Origin: a virus
Strand: one strand, 5' to 3'
Virus record (IMG/VR): IMGVR_UViG_3300045988_123990
DNA length: 12,639 bases
Position 1 is the first letter of the stretch. Every line of letters starts with the position of its first letter. Shown here piece after piece: positions 5,820 through 12,639 of this stretch. The position numbers were made by a program, and so were the translations under genes. The notes beneath the pieces were generated by a model. It did no database searches and was not told the origin of the DNA. It saw nothing but the letters and a program-made list of their open reading frames with translations.

Positions 5820-7016
5820 ATGGCAAATAGTTTAGTCGTACAGGATGCATATTTGATCATTAATGACCTGTACAAGATGGCTACCGGACGGGAGAATATC
5901 AAGGCAGTAGATACAAGTTCTTTTGTAGCTGTTGGTGAAACCATGCTGCGGACAGGTGTAGAACCAACACTGAAAGCACTCAGTCAGTGGTGTGGACGAA
6001 CCTATTTTGAAATGGAAAAATACAGATCCGGAGTGTTTCGTTCTATCATCGAGAATAATGAGAGATGGGGAGCTATCACCCGTGAGATCATCTCACTTCC
6101 ATTGGATGCAGAAGCATCCCAGGATTGGAATACAGATCTGAATGAAAACCAGCTCGCCGATGGTCAGTCTGTCGATATGTACAAAATTAATGCACCAAAA
6201 GTAGTGGAGTTGAAATTCTATGGTTCAAAACTTTTGCAATCTCATATAACACGTTTCCGGGATCAGCTGGCATTGGCTTTTTCCAACGAAGCAGAGTTTC
6301 TTATGTTTGTAACTTCCTATATGACAGCTTACTATAATGACATTGAATCAAGAAATGAAGCAAAACGCAGACTGACGGTGCTTAACTTCATGGCTGGTAT
6401 CTCCTCGCTTGGCACAAATGAGGTAGATCTTGTTAAGGAATATAACACAGCCTACGGTACAGAGCTTACAAGAAAGCAGCTTTTAAGTTCGGAACATCAC
6501 AGAGACTTCATGGCTTTTGTGGTTGCCAGGATTAAAAAAGATTCAAAGAAGATGCAGGATCGCACAACAAAATATCATATGAATCTGACTGGAAAAGATA
6601 TTTTGAGATTCACTCGACCAGAGAACCAGAAACTGCTTATGTACACAGATTTCTGGATTGACAGCGAAACACAGGTATTCCCGACAGTCTTTTCTGATGA
6701 ACAGCTTAAAATCGCTGACAAAGAGTTGGTAAACGGCTGGCAGGAGTTCGACAGCCCTGCGATCAATATTACCCCAAACATCATTGATGCTGATGGAGTT
6801 TCAAAAAAAGCAACAACAGCGGTATCTCTTCCTTATGTGCTTGGTCTTTTATATGATCGTCGTGCAATGGGAGTAAATAACCAGTGGATGTATTCCGCAG
6901 CTACGCCATTCAATGCAGCAGGTGGTTATTACAATATCTTTGACCACTATCGTTTTAACGCTTGGAACAACTTCACACACAATGCAATTCTTTATGTACT
7001 GGGGGAGGGAGTATAA
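5820..7016 (+). CDS. Major capsid protein, phi29 gp8-like, 398 aa
   Basis: The C-terminal block GLLYDRRAMGVNNQWMYSAATPFNAAGGYYNIFDHYRFNAWNNFTHNAILYV parallels phi29 gp8 [51 protein letters not shown] (from memory). The N-terminal AVDTSSFVAVGETML parallels gp8 ATANNVAEVGAGIL. AAGGGGGA precedes the ATG. Confidence 0.85.
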   Translation: MANSLVVQDAYLIINDLYKMATGRENIKAVDTSSFVAVGETMLRTGVEPTLKALSQWCGRTYFEMEKYRSGVFRSIIENNERWGAITREIISLPLDAEASQDWNTDLNENQLADGQSVDMYKINAPKVVELKFYGSKLLQSHITRFRDQLALAFSNEAEFLMFVTSYMTAYYNDIESRNEAKRRLTVLNFMAGISSLGTNEVDLVKEYNTAYGTELTRKQLLSSEHHRDFMAFVVARIKKDSKKMQDRTTKYHMNLTGKDILRFTRPENQKLLMYTDFWIDSETQVFPTVFSDEQLKIADKELVNGWQEFDSPAINITPNIIDADGVSKKATTAVSLPYVLGLLYDRRAMGVNNQWMYSAATPFNAAGGYYNIFDHYRFNAWNNFTHNAILYVLGEGV

Positions 7017-7017
7017 T

Positions 7018-7329
7018 ATGGTTCATTTTTATATACCTCCATCATCTTCCGTAATCATTAGTGGTTTGACAGGGGATGATGGAATTAGAAGAATAATATG
7101 CTATTCAAGTGGTGCATCAACTTCAAACTTATTATATAAAGGGGAATTAATCGCTAGCTTTAATAATAATAATAACATTGATATTGATTTTAGAAGCTAT
7201 TATGGCTTTCCAAAATTGTCAGATTTCTCAATCGAGTCATCTCCTAATATTACAATTTCGGTTCTGGCTGACATTGTGCCATACAGTGTTAGTGTAGATG
7301 ATTATATCGAAACAAGGGAGGTCACATAG
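7018..7329 (+). CDS. Hypothetical small beta-rich protein, 103 aa, in the head-fibre/decoration position
   Basis: ATG 7018 follows GGGGGAGGGAG (7001-7011) and lies 1 nt after the capsid stop. I chose this start over the upstream ATG 6913, which lies inside the capsid gene. The ORF contains an NNNNN run encoded by (AAT)4AAC at 7162-7176. I recognise no motif. Confidence 0.65.
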   Translation: MVHFYIPPSSSVIISGLTGDDGIRRIICYSSGASTSNLLYKGELIASFNNNNNIDIDFRSYYGFPKLSDFSIESSPNITISVLADIVPYSVSVDDYIETREVT

Positions 7330-7331
7330 AA

Positions 7332-7556
7332 ATGATGGATACATTTTTGACAATTCTTGGCAACTATGCTTTTCCAATCGTATGCTGTTGTGTGATGGCA
7401 TACTTTGTCAAGTATATGTATGACCAAACCAACGCACGAGTTGACAAGCTCAACGAGGAACACAAAAACGAAGTTGATACACTTTCTGAGGTTATAAAAA
7501 ACAATACACTTGCAGTTGAAAAAATGAACTCACTTATTGAACACTTGGGAAAATGA
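7332..7556 (+). CDS. Putative holin (single N-terminal TM helix, charged coiled C-terminus), 74 aa
   Basis: The hydrophobic segment FLTILGNYAFPIVCCCVMAYFV resembles YvrJ-family small membrane proteins and is followed by a highly charged tail. The gene lies immediately upstream of the lysin gene. AAGGGAGGT (7313-7321) lies upstream. Confidence 0.55.
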   Translation: MMDTFLTILGNYAFPIVCCCVMAYFVKYMYDQTNARVDKLNEEHKNEVDTLSEVIKNNTLAVEKMNSLIEHLGK

Positions 7557-7567
7557 GGTGAAAAGAC

Positions 7568-8188
7568 ATGACAGCGAACGAACTTATCGAAAATGCAAAG
7601 GAATTACTTGGAGTGAGATATGTGTGGGGTGGTTCAACCCCCACACAGGGACTTGACTGTTCTGGCTTGCTTTACTGGATCCAGAAAAAAGCGGGGTCAA
7701 ATGTTGGTAGACTGACTGCTTCCAGCTACTCAAAGCTTGGTGAAAAGATTCCAATTGGAGAGCAGAAAGTAGGTGACTTTCTTTTTTTCGGCGCTCCGGT
7801 AACTCATTGTGCTATTTTTATAGGCAATGGCTATATGATTGAGAGCCGAGGAGTTGGAGTAGTCAAAAGTCTTGTAAGTCGTAGGTCTGACTTATCTTGC
7901 ATCCGCAGGGTATGGGATGAAAAAAGTCCATCTTATGAAATAGGCAACACTTATACTACCATAGTAGATCATTTACACGTACGCTATTCTATCTGGGGAC
8001 AGGTCAAAGAGTATGCACAGCTGACAAGGGATGGCATGAAACATGCTTATTCAGATGGTTGCTTGAAAAGAGGAACCACAGTCACGGTAAAAGATATAAA
8101 AAAAGATGAAGTTGGGTCAACGTGGGTACGGATTCCATCTGGCTGGGTATGCGCAATCACATCAAAAGGCGAGGTATATATAAAATGA
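7568..8188 (+). CDS. NlpC/P60 cysteine peptidase with C-terminal SH3b-like wall-binding domain (endolysin), 206 aa
   Basis: VRYVWGGSTPTQGLDCSGLLYW carries the catalytic C31. GDFLFFGAPVTHCAIFIGNGYMIES carries H80 and E92 as the likely third residue. The C-terminal roughly 80 aa (HVRYSIWGQV...GTTVTVKDIKKDEVGSTWVRIPSGWVCA) looks like SH3_3. GAGGTG lies 7 nt before the ATG. Confidence 0.9.
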   Translation: MTANELIENAKELLGVRYVWGGSTPTQGLDCSGLLYWIQKKAGSNVGRLTASSYSKLGEKIPIGEQKVGDFLFFGAPVTHCAIFIGNGYMIESRGVGVVKSLVSRRSDLSCIRRVWDEKSPSYEIGNTYTTIVDHLHVRYSIWGQVKEYAQLTRDGMKHAYSDGCLKRGTTVTVKDIKKDEVGSTWVRIPSGWVCAITSKGEVYIK

Positions 8189-9531
8189 CAGAAATTATTT
8201 TATATCATTTTTCCAAACGAAAAAACAGCACCAAAAGACCGACAGGACAGGGGACAACCGTCCCCTGTCTTTTAAAATCAAATACAACTTTTCAAAATCC
8301 GGTATTTAAGCTAAAATTATCATTAGATAATGCTTTGCAATACAACTATTTGAAGTGGGCTGACCATTACTATTTTATTAGCTCAACAGTTTCACTGAAT
8401 AATGACATGGTTGAGATCTCAGCGAGTGAGGATGTGTTAGCTACTTACCGGACAGAAATTAGCAACTATACATGTTTTATTGAGAGATCCAGTAAACAAA
8501 CTACGCTTGCCAATGATCCTATGTATATAGCAACAAATGATTGGGTGCTAACCACAAGAAATGTAAGTCACAAAGAAAAAATAATGTCATCTACATACGC
8601 ACAGCACTATATCATACGAGTAGTTTCAAGAACTGGCGTAGCATCCTACTATATAAACGGCGATCAATTAAACAATTTGCTTGACTATATGTACACAGAA
8701 TCAAATTTTACCGACGTAATAACGGATGCCGTTACAAAGTTAATGTTTGATCCTTTTAAATATATAGTTGATTTGAAATGGGTTCCCTTTATTGAAGCTG
8801 CCTTTAAAAATAGTAATACTGAAACAATACAGCTAGGCTTTTGGGACAGCGGTGTAATGGCAAAAAGAATTGATGAAGATACAGTTGTGAATTTTTCTTA
8901 TTCTTTTGCTTTTGATAATCCACTTTATGCTATCACTGATTTCAGATACTATAGTCCCTCATTTTCAAATTATTTTATAAAGCTTCCTTTTATTGGAGTG
9001 GTTGCACTTAACCCTTATAAAATAGATGAAAGTGTAAATGCATTGTATCAGTTTGATGGAACAAGTGGGTTGTGCAATGTGTTTTTACAATCAAAAAAAG
9101 TTGTTTTTGCAACTTATCAATTCCAGCTTTCGGTTCCAGTGCAAATAGGTTATGCAAGCACAAACATAGCTCAACTAACTACCTCAGCTGTGAGTCTTGT
9201 TGGGGCTGGATTGCAAGGAAATATTGCACAAGGTATCTCCGCAGGAATAGAGACAGGAAGAAGCATTACCGCACCGGAAGTATCTATGCTAGGGACTATT
9301 GGCAATATATCAAACATATTAAATAACCAGATTTTAGAGTTCAATTCATATTCTTGTACAAGTCTTGATCCAGATGGAGCAAGTGAGGGTTATGTAGATG
9401 GTACTGTAAGCACCATTTCTGCACTGAGTGGGTTTCTAAAGTGCCGGGATGCATCAATCCAGATTGCAGGATTTGAGGGAGATCAAGAACAAGTGAATAG
9501 TTACTTAAACGAGGGATTTTATTTTGAATAA
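8185..9531 (+). CDS. Tail knob / distal tail tube protein, phi29 gp9-like, 448 aa
   Basis: The start is ATG 8185, which overlaps the lysin stop (ATGA). The ORF-track GTG 8122 lies inside the lysin gene. The N-terminal KLKLSLDNALQYNYLKWADHYYFISSTVSLNNDMVEISASEDVLATYRTEISNYTCFIERS parallels phi29 gp9 VSLRLDLLYNASYIMFQN...[29 protein letters not shown]...FIVREH (from memory). Its position beside the portal gene fits. Confidence 0.55.
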   Translation: MTEIILYHFSKRKNSTKRPTGQGTTVPCLLKSNTTFQNPVFKLKLSLDNALQYNYLKWADHYYFISSTVSLNNDMVEISASEDVLATYRTEISNYTCFIERSSKQTTLANDPMYIATNDWVLTTRNVSHKEKIMSSTYAQHYIIRVVSRTGVASYYINGDQLNNLLDYMYTESNFTDVITDAVTKLMFDPFKYIVDLKWVPFIEAAFKNSNTETIQLGFWDSGVMAKRIDEDTVVNFSYSFAFDNPLYAITDFRYYSPSFSNYFIKLPFIGVVALNPYKIDESVNALYQFDGTSGLCNVFLQSKKVVFATYQFQLSVPVQIGYASTNIAQLTTSAVSLVGAGLQGNIAQGISAGIETGRSITAPEVSMLGTIGNISNILNNQILEFNSYSCTSLDPDGASEGYVDGTVSTISALSGFLKCRDASIQIAGFEGDQEQVNSYLNEGFYFE

Positions 9532-9551
9532 GGGAGGAATGAAAAAAAAAC

Positions 9552-10472
9552 ATGTGGACACCGGTTAATTTTGATAAAATCAACATATGCACTAATTACT
9601 TCCAACCATCCGGCATAAAAGTTGACAGTTTATATACTGATACATTTGATCGGATGCTTTACGAGCGTGTATGTTCTATACTTGATATAACATACAATGG
9701 AAACATTGACATTGACTATTTCAAATATTGCCTGCTTTTTGGGGGGTATATTTGCATCACAAAGACAGATCTTTATGGAATGATCGCACAGTACCCAATG
9801 CTGACAGGGTACAATATTTACTTTAAGCCAACCACAGCTACTATACACACGTATGCAAGTAATGCTACAATTGACATGGAGGACATGGAGATCGGAAAAG
9901 ATTGCTCAGTCATCTATCTCAGACCAACTTTCTGTGGAATTGGAGATATTATTGGATTTTATAGTTATAAACTGGCACTTGTAGCAAGTGCTTTTGACAT
10001 GAATGTTTTTAATTCAAAGCTTGCATTTCTGATAGCTGCGAAAAATAAGGCAGCAGCTCAGACATTGAAAAAAATCTATGATAGCATACAAGCTGGTAAT
10101 CCAGTTGAAGCTTTTGATGTATCAATTAAAACTGAGGACAGACAGGGAAGCAAACAGGATGCATGGGAAAGCTTCAACAAGGATCTGAAGCAAAACTTTA
10201 TTGCACCGGAGCTGATTGAAGTATTTGAAAAGCTTCTGGATCAGTTCGACACAGAAGTCGGTATCCCGTCCGTCGGATCAGATAAAAAAGAACGTCTGAA
10301 TGTGCTTGAAACAAGCAAGAATGATGCAGAATCCGTGACACGGTTAACAACCTGGCTTGAGACAATGCAAGCAGGAGTTGACATGACAAACAGACTTTAT
10401 CCGGAGATGAATCTGTCAATCAAGATCAGAAGTTATGAAACTGCGGAGGTGAAAAGTTATGGGACTTTATAA
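9552..10472 (+). CDS. Portal / head-tail connector (upper collar), phi29 gp10-like, 306 aa
   Basis: The size matches gp10 (about 309 aa). [26 protein letters not shown] parallels gp10 [36 protein letters not shown]...[30 protein letters not shown]...[14 protein letters not shown] parallels gp10 MGVVIYNND...[30 protein letters not shown]...LKQVYNQYEGNAPV (from memory). Confidence 0.8.
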   Translation: [306 protein letters not shown]

Positions 10473-11148
10473 GGTTACGATAGCAGGACTTTATGAATGG
10501 AATAGCGCACTGTTTGACAAGATGGAGTTCCCAGAATCAGCAGACAGGCAGAATTTTATTGATAGCTTGCTTCTGTCCTATGGGGATTGTGAACCGTTAT
10601 ACCCGGACTGGGATTTCATGCATGAGAGTGCTATTCCTGCCTGGAGCAGGAAGTGGAAAAGTAGCATTGACAAGGTTTATAACGTGTTAGAATTAACAAA
10701 TTATGAACCGATTGAAAACTATGACCGTCATGAAGAATGGACAGATAGCCCGGATATGACGCGAACAAGTCAAAGTTCCGGGCAGGATGTAAACAGGGCA
10801 GAAGCTGAACAGGGAACCACTACGACCAACTCTGGGGCAGATACAGCTACAAATGAAGTCAGTGCTTTTAATGAAGCAAACTACAGCCCAAACGAAAAAA
10901 CAACTACAGAGTACGGCGGTAGCACAACGGTGCAAATCTCCGGTGAAAATAAAAACACGTTTGAATATGGCAAGGGTGAAACAAGCAGAGAGACAGGACA
11001 GAATAAGCACTCCGGGCGAATTCATGGTAATATCGGCGTAACTACTTCACAACAGATGATCCAGTCGGAGCTTGAGTTGCGAAAACAAAGCTTTATTGAC
11101 TATTGCACCGGACTATTTGCACAGGACTTGCTTTTATTAACTTATTAA
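10459..11148 (+). CDS. Lower collar / tail tube adaptor, phi29 gp11-like, 229 aa
   Basis: The gene follows the portal gene with a 14-nt overlap, and GGAGGTG (10445-10451) precedes the ATG. The N-terminal ...PAWSRKW...YNVLELTNYEPIENYDRHEEW and the C-terminal GNIGVTTSQQMIQSELELR are patterns I associate with picovirus lower-collar proteins. The centre is a T/S/G/N-rich low-complexity region. Confidence 0.55.
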   Translation: MGLYKVTIAGLYEWNSALFDKMEFPESADRQNFIDSLLLSYGDCEPLYPDWDFMHESAIPAWSRKWKSSIDKVYNVLELTNYEPIENYDRHEEWTDSPDMTRTSQSSGQDVNRAEAEQGTTTTNSGADTATNEVSAFNEANYSPNEKTTTEYGGSTTVQISGENKNTFEYGKGETSRETGQNKHSGRIHGNIGVTTSQQMIQSELELRKQSFIDYCTGLFAQDLLLLTY

Positions 11149-11161
11149 GGAGGAATAAATT

Positions 11162-12418
11162 ATGTTTTTCAGATACCCACATAGCGGATCACAGGACATG
11201 AACTTAGACTGGTTGCTTAAAGTTGGCAAACAGGCTGACAAGGATCATGAGGAATGGACGCATATTAAAGATACTGCACAAACCATGATTGATGATGCCA
11301 TCCAGAAAAGTCTTGATGATGGAGAAATCGGAAAAGTGGTAAATGATGCCACTACAAAAGTAATCAACGAACAGATTGACCCATTAAAAGAACAGGTTGG
11401 AACAAATACGACTGATATCACAAAGTTACAAAAAAGGGAAGGACTTTTTGACCATTCCGGGAAAACCATCATCATTGGAGATAGCTATACCGTTGGCTAT
11501 ACTCCGGATGGCAATATTACTCCTTGGACTACTAACTTTATCAAGTACACCGGACTTGAGGATGTGACAATCTCCGCAAATGGTGGGGCATCTTTCTCAA
11601 CAGCTGCTAATTCATTTCTTATGCTATTAAACTCTGTACCGGCTTCTGCGGATGTAAAACAGATCCTTGTCGTAGGTGGATTTAATGAGTTCGGAACTTA
11701 TTCAGAAATTGAAAATGGAATCAATGCTTTTATGGGAGCAGCAGAAGTGAGATTTCCGAATGCAAAAGTATTTTCTGCCATGGTAGCATGGTCAGTAGAT
11801 CGGACGGATGATCCAACTGTACAGAATAGGCTCAAGATTGCAAAATCTGTTTATAACATCCAGAGAAAGAATTGGCGGTATCTGACAGGATCAGACTATA
11901 TTCTTCATGCTGACGGATTCCTTGGTTCTGATGGCTTCCACCCAAACGCAACCGGACAGGAGAGGCTTGCCTCCTATCTTGCTACCGCTGTTGAAACAGG
12001 GGCTTGTAGTCCATCATTCTATGAAGTTAGTGCAAATTTTGAAGCAGGTGACTTTGCGCCTACTCTAGGATCAAGTTGGGTGTTTGTTAGTTCATACAAT
12101 GAGAATACAAGTACTTTAATCTGGGGCAACTATGTTTGTTTACCAAACAGCGGAACACTTATCTGTGATGGCACTGAGTACCGTTTGGGGCGTATTTTCT
12201 CAACGTCCTTTATTGGAGACCATAACGGCTACACATGCTATCCAACTACTGTGATTATTAAGTCCAGCAGTGACTTTTATCACATCCCCGCACAGCTTAA
12301 CTTTCGGGGTCGGCATATCTATTTGAGTTTGTACGATATTTCTGATGACAAGCACAACTACCGGACTTTGACAGAAGTCACACAGGTACAGATTCATAGA
12401 GGAAGTATTACAATGTAA
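11162..12418 (+). CDS. Tail appendage / receptor-binding protein with central SGNH (GDSL) esterase domain, 418 aa
   Basis: AAGGAGG (11147-11153) lies 8 nt before the ATG. The N-terminal roughly 95 aa form a helical anchor (DMNLDWLL..., heptad-like). SGNH block I is IIIGDSYTVGY (G106-D107-S108, nt 11477-11485), block II ANGGASF, block III VVGGFNEF, and block V SDGFHPN (D257/H260, nt 11930-11941). The C-terminal roughly 140 aa are beta-rich and of unknown function. Confidence 0.8.
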   Translation: MFFRYPHSGSQDMNLDWLLKVGKQADKDHEEWTHIKDTAQTMIDDAIQKSLDDGEIGKVVNDATTKVINEQIDPLKEQVGTNTTDITKLQKREGLFDHSGKTIIIGDSYTVGYTPDGNITPWTTNFIKYTGLEDVTISANGGASFSTAANSFLMLLNSVPASADVKQILVVGGFNEFGTYSEIENGINAFMGAAEVRFPNAKVFSAMVAWSVDRTDDPTVQNRLKIAKSVYNIQRKNWRYLTGSDYILHADGFLGSDGFHPNATGQERLASYLATAVETGACSPSFYEVSANFEAGDFAPTLGSSWVFVSSYNENTSTLIWGNYVCLPNSGTLICDGTEYRLGRIFSTSFIGDHNGYTCYPTTVIIKSSSDFYHIPAQLNFRGRHIYLSLYDISDDKHNYRTLTEVTQVQIHRGSITM

Positions 12419-12430
12419 ATATAAAATATG

Positions 12431-12466
12431 ATAGCCCAGCATACCGCTGGGCTATTGTTTTATTTT
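12431..12466 (+). terminator. Rho-independent terminator closing the late operon (possibly bidirectional)
   Basis: A perfect 10-bp stem ATAGCCCAGC (12431-12440) / GCTGGGCTAT (12446-12455) carries the loop ATACC and is followed by TGTTTTATTTT. On the minus strand the hairpin is followed by CATATTTTATATTT. Confidence 0.8.
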
Positions 12467-12520
12467 GCATCTACCAAAAGCTTTCTTGATTTTCTTATGA
12501 TATATAGTCATTTCAAATAC

Positions 12521-12639
12521 TGTTCCTCCTGTTCTTCCTCTTTTAATCTCATAATCTCTTTAAATAACTCAATAGCTTCTTTATCGTTTGTCGCATTAAT
12601 AAGCTCAACGTCATCAGTTCCATCATATGCATCAGCAAA
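12521..12639. repeat. Right inverted terminal repeat (119 bp)
   Basis: Exact reverse complement of 1-119, ending at the last base of the window. Confidence 0.97.

Larger units (their letters stand above)
1..12639. mobile_element. Apparently complete linear dsDNA genome of a miniature phi29-like (protein-primed, short-tailed) phage
   Basis: Perfect 119-bp ITRs reach both window ends. The window holds a protein-primed-type polB, a gp16-like ATPase, and capsid, portal, collar, tail-knob and lysis genes, all on one strand. No flanking bacterial genes are present. Confidence 0.8.

Noticed and set aside
6913-7017. An open +1 frame overlapping the capsid 3' end, raising the idea of a programmed frameshift fusing the capsid to the downstream 103-aa domain (T7 10A/10B style).
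   Set aside because: The downstream gene has its own strong SD and an ATG at 7018. I see no heptameric slippery site, only a G-run (CTGGGGGAG). A +1 shift is rarer than -1. The idea remains testable by proteomics.
9539-9568. ATG 9539 plus an A9 homopolymer (9542-9550) just upstream of the portal start. A 1-nt slip would put this ATG in frame with the portal, a possible phase-variable start.
   Set aside because: ATG 9539 is only 1 nt from the GGAGG, too close for initiation, and its own frame stops after 9 codons. The A-run is more simply SD-to-start spacer for ATG 9552.
4567-11041. Alternate-frame + strand ORFs inside genes: 4567-4773, 9072-9326, 10493-10690 and 10853-11041.
   Set aside because: They are embedded in the ATPase, tail knob and lower collar genes without SD sites, and their translations are low-complexity or Cys/Arg-rich. 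I see no evidence for overprinting.
1305-12442. All minus-strand ORFs in the track: 1305-1496, 1730-1945, 3169-3399, 4293-4667, 4709-5119, 4743-4925, 6575-6784, 9341-9592, 9630-9848, 10198-10419, 10693-11025, 11245-11475 and 12200-12442.
   Set aside because: Each is nested antisense within a well-supported + strand gene and lacks an SD. At least 3169-3399 starts at a non-ATG codon (TTG). Their Cys/Phe/Ser-rich composition is typical of antisense frames.
12452-12511. A minus-strand 19-codon ORF (MTIYHKKIKKAFGRCKIKQ) 13 nt downstream of the mirrored ITR SD.
   Set aside because: It is very short, the spacing is suboptimal, and it terminates inside the terminator stem. It is probably a by-product of ITR symmetry.
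1-12639. A search for CRISPR arrays, tRNA or rRNA genes, an integrase or recombinase, a CI/Cro-type repressor pair, toxin-antitoxin genes, or a transposase.
   Set aside because: No repeat-spacer periodicity was found. No ORF has recombinase-like motifs or the right size, and there is no divergent regulatory pair. The element looks strictly lytic and non-integrating.

Overview
The 12,639-bp window appears to be one complete linear dsDNA phage genome, not a chromosomal region. Bases 1-119 are the perfect reverse complement of 12521-12639. I checked this base by base, and identity breaks at 120/12520. These are 119-bp inverted terminal repeats (ITRs) that reach both window ends at the same nucleotide. 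Between them lie about 20 tightly packed genes, all on the + strand. Nearly all have strong GGAGG-type Shine-Dalgarno (SD) sites, and several junctions overlap (TAATG at 4299, ATGA at 8185, and overlaps at 482/498, 4000/4006 and 10459/10472). The sequence is AT-rich, which suggests a Firmicutes-like host. Gene order is: orphan ORF, candidate terminal protein, family-B DNA polymerase with the full protein-primed (phi29/PRD1-type) motif set, five tiny ORFs (two below the ORF-track cutoff), a SpoVG-fold protein, and a phi29 gp16-like packaging ATPase. A GC-rich branched RNA-like element with a U tract follows. The late genes are candidate scaffold, phi29 gp8-like major capsid, a small beta-rich protein, a one-TM holin candidate, an NlpC/P60+SH3 lysin, a gp9-like tail knob, a gp10-like portal/connector, a gp11-like lower collar, and a tail appendage with an SGNH esterase domain. 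A clean hairpin terminator closes the late genes. I see no integrase, repressor, tRNA, rRNA or CRISPR array. All homology statements rest on motifs I recognise by eye or from memory, and no database search was run. The main lead is the replicon itself: a miniature, unidirectionally transcribed, protein-primed podophage with long ITRs. Secondary leads are a SpoVG-like gene coupled to the packaging ATPase and a candidate structured RNA next to that ATPase.
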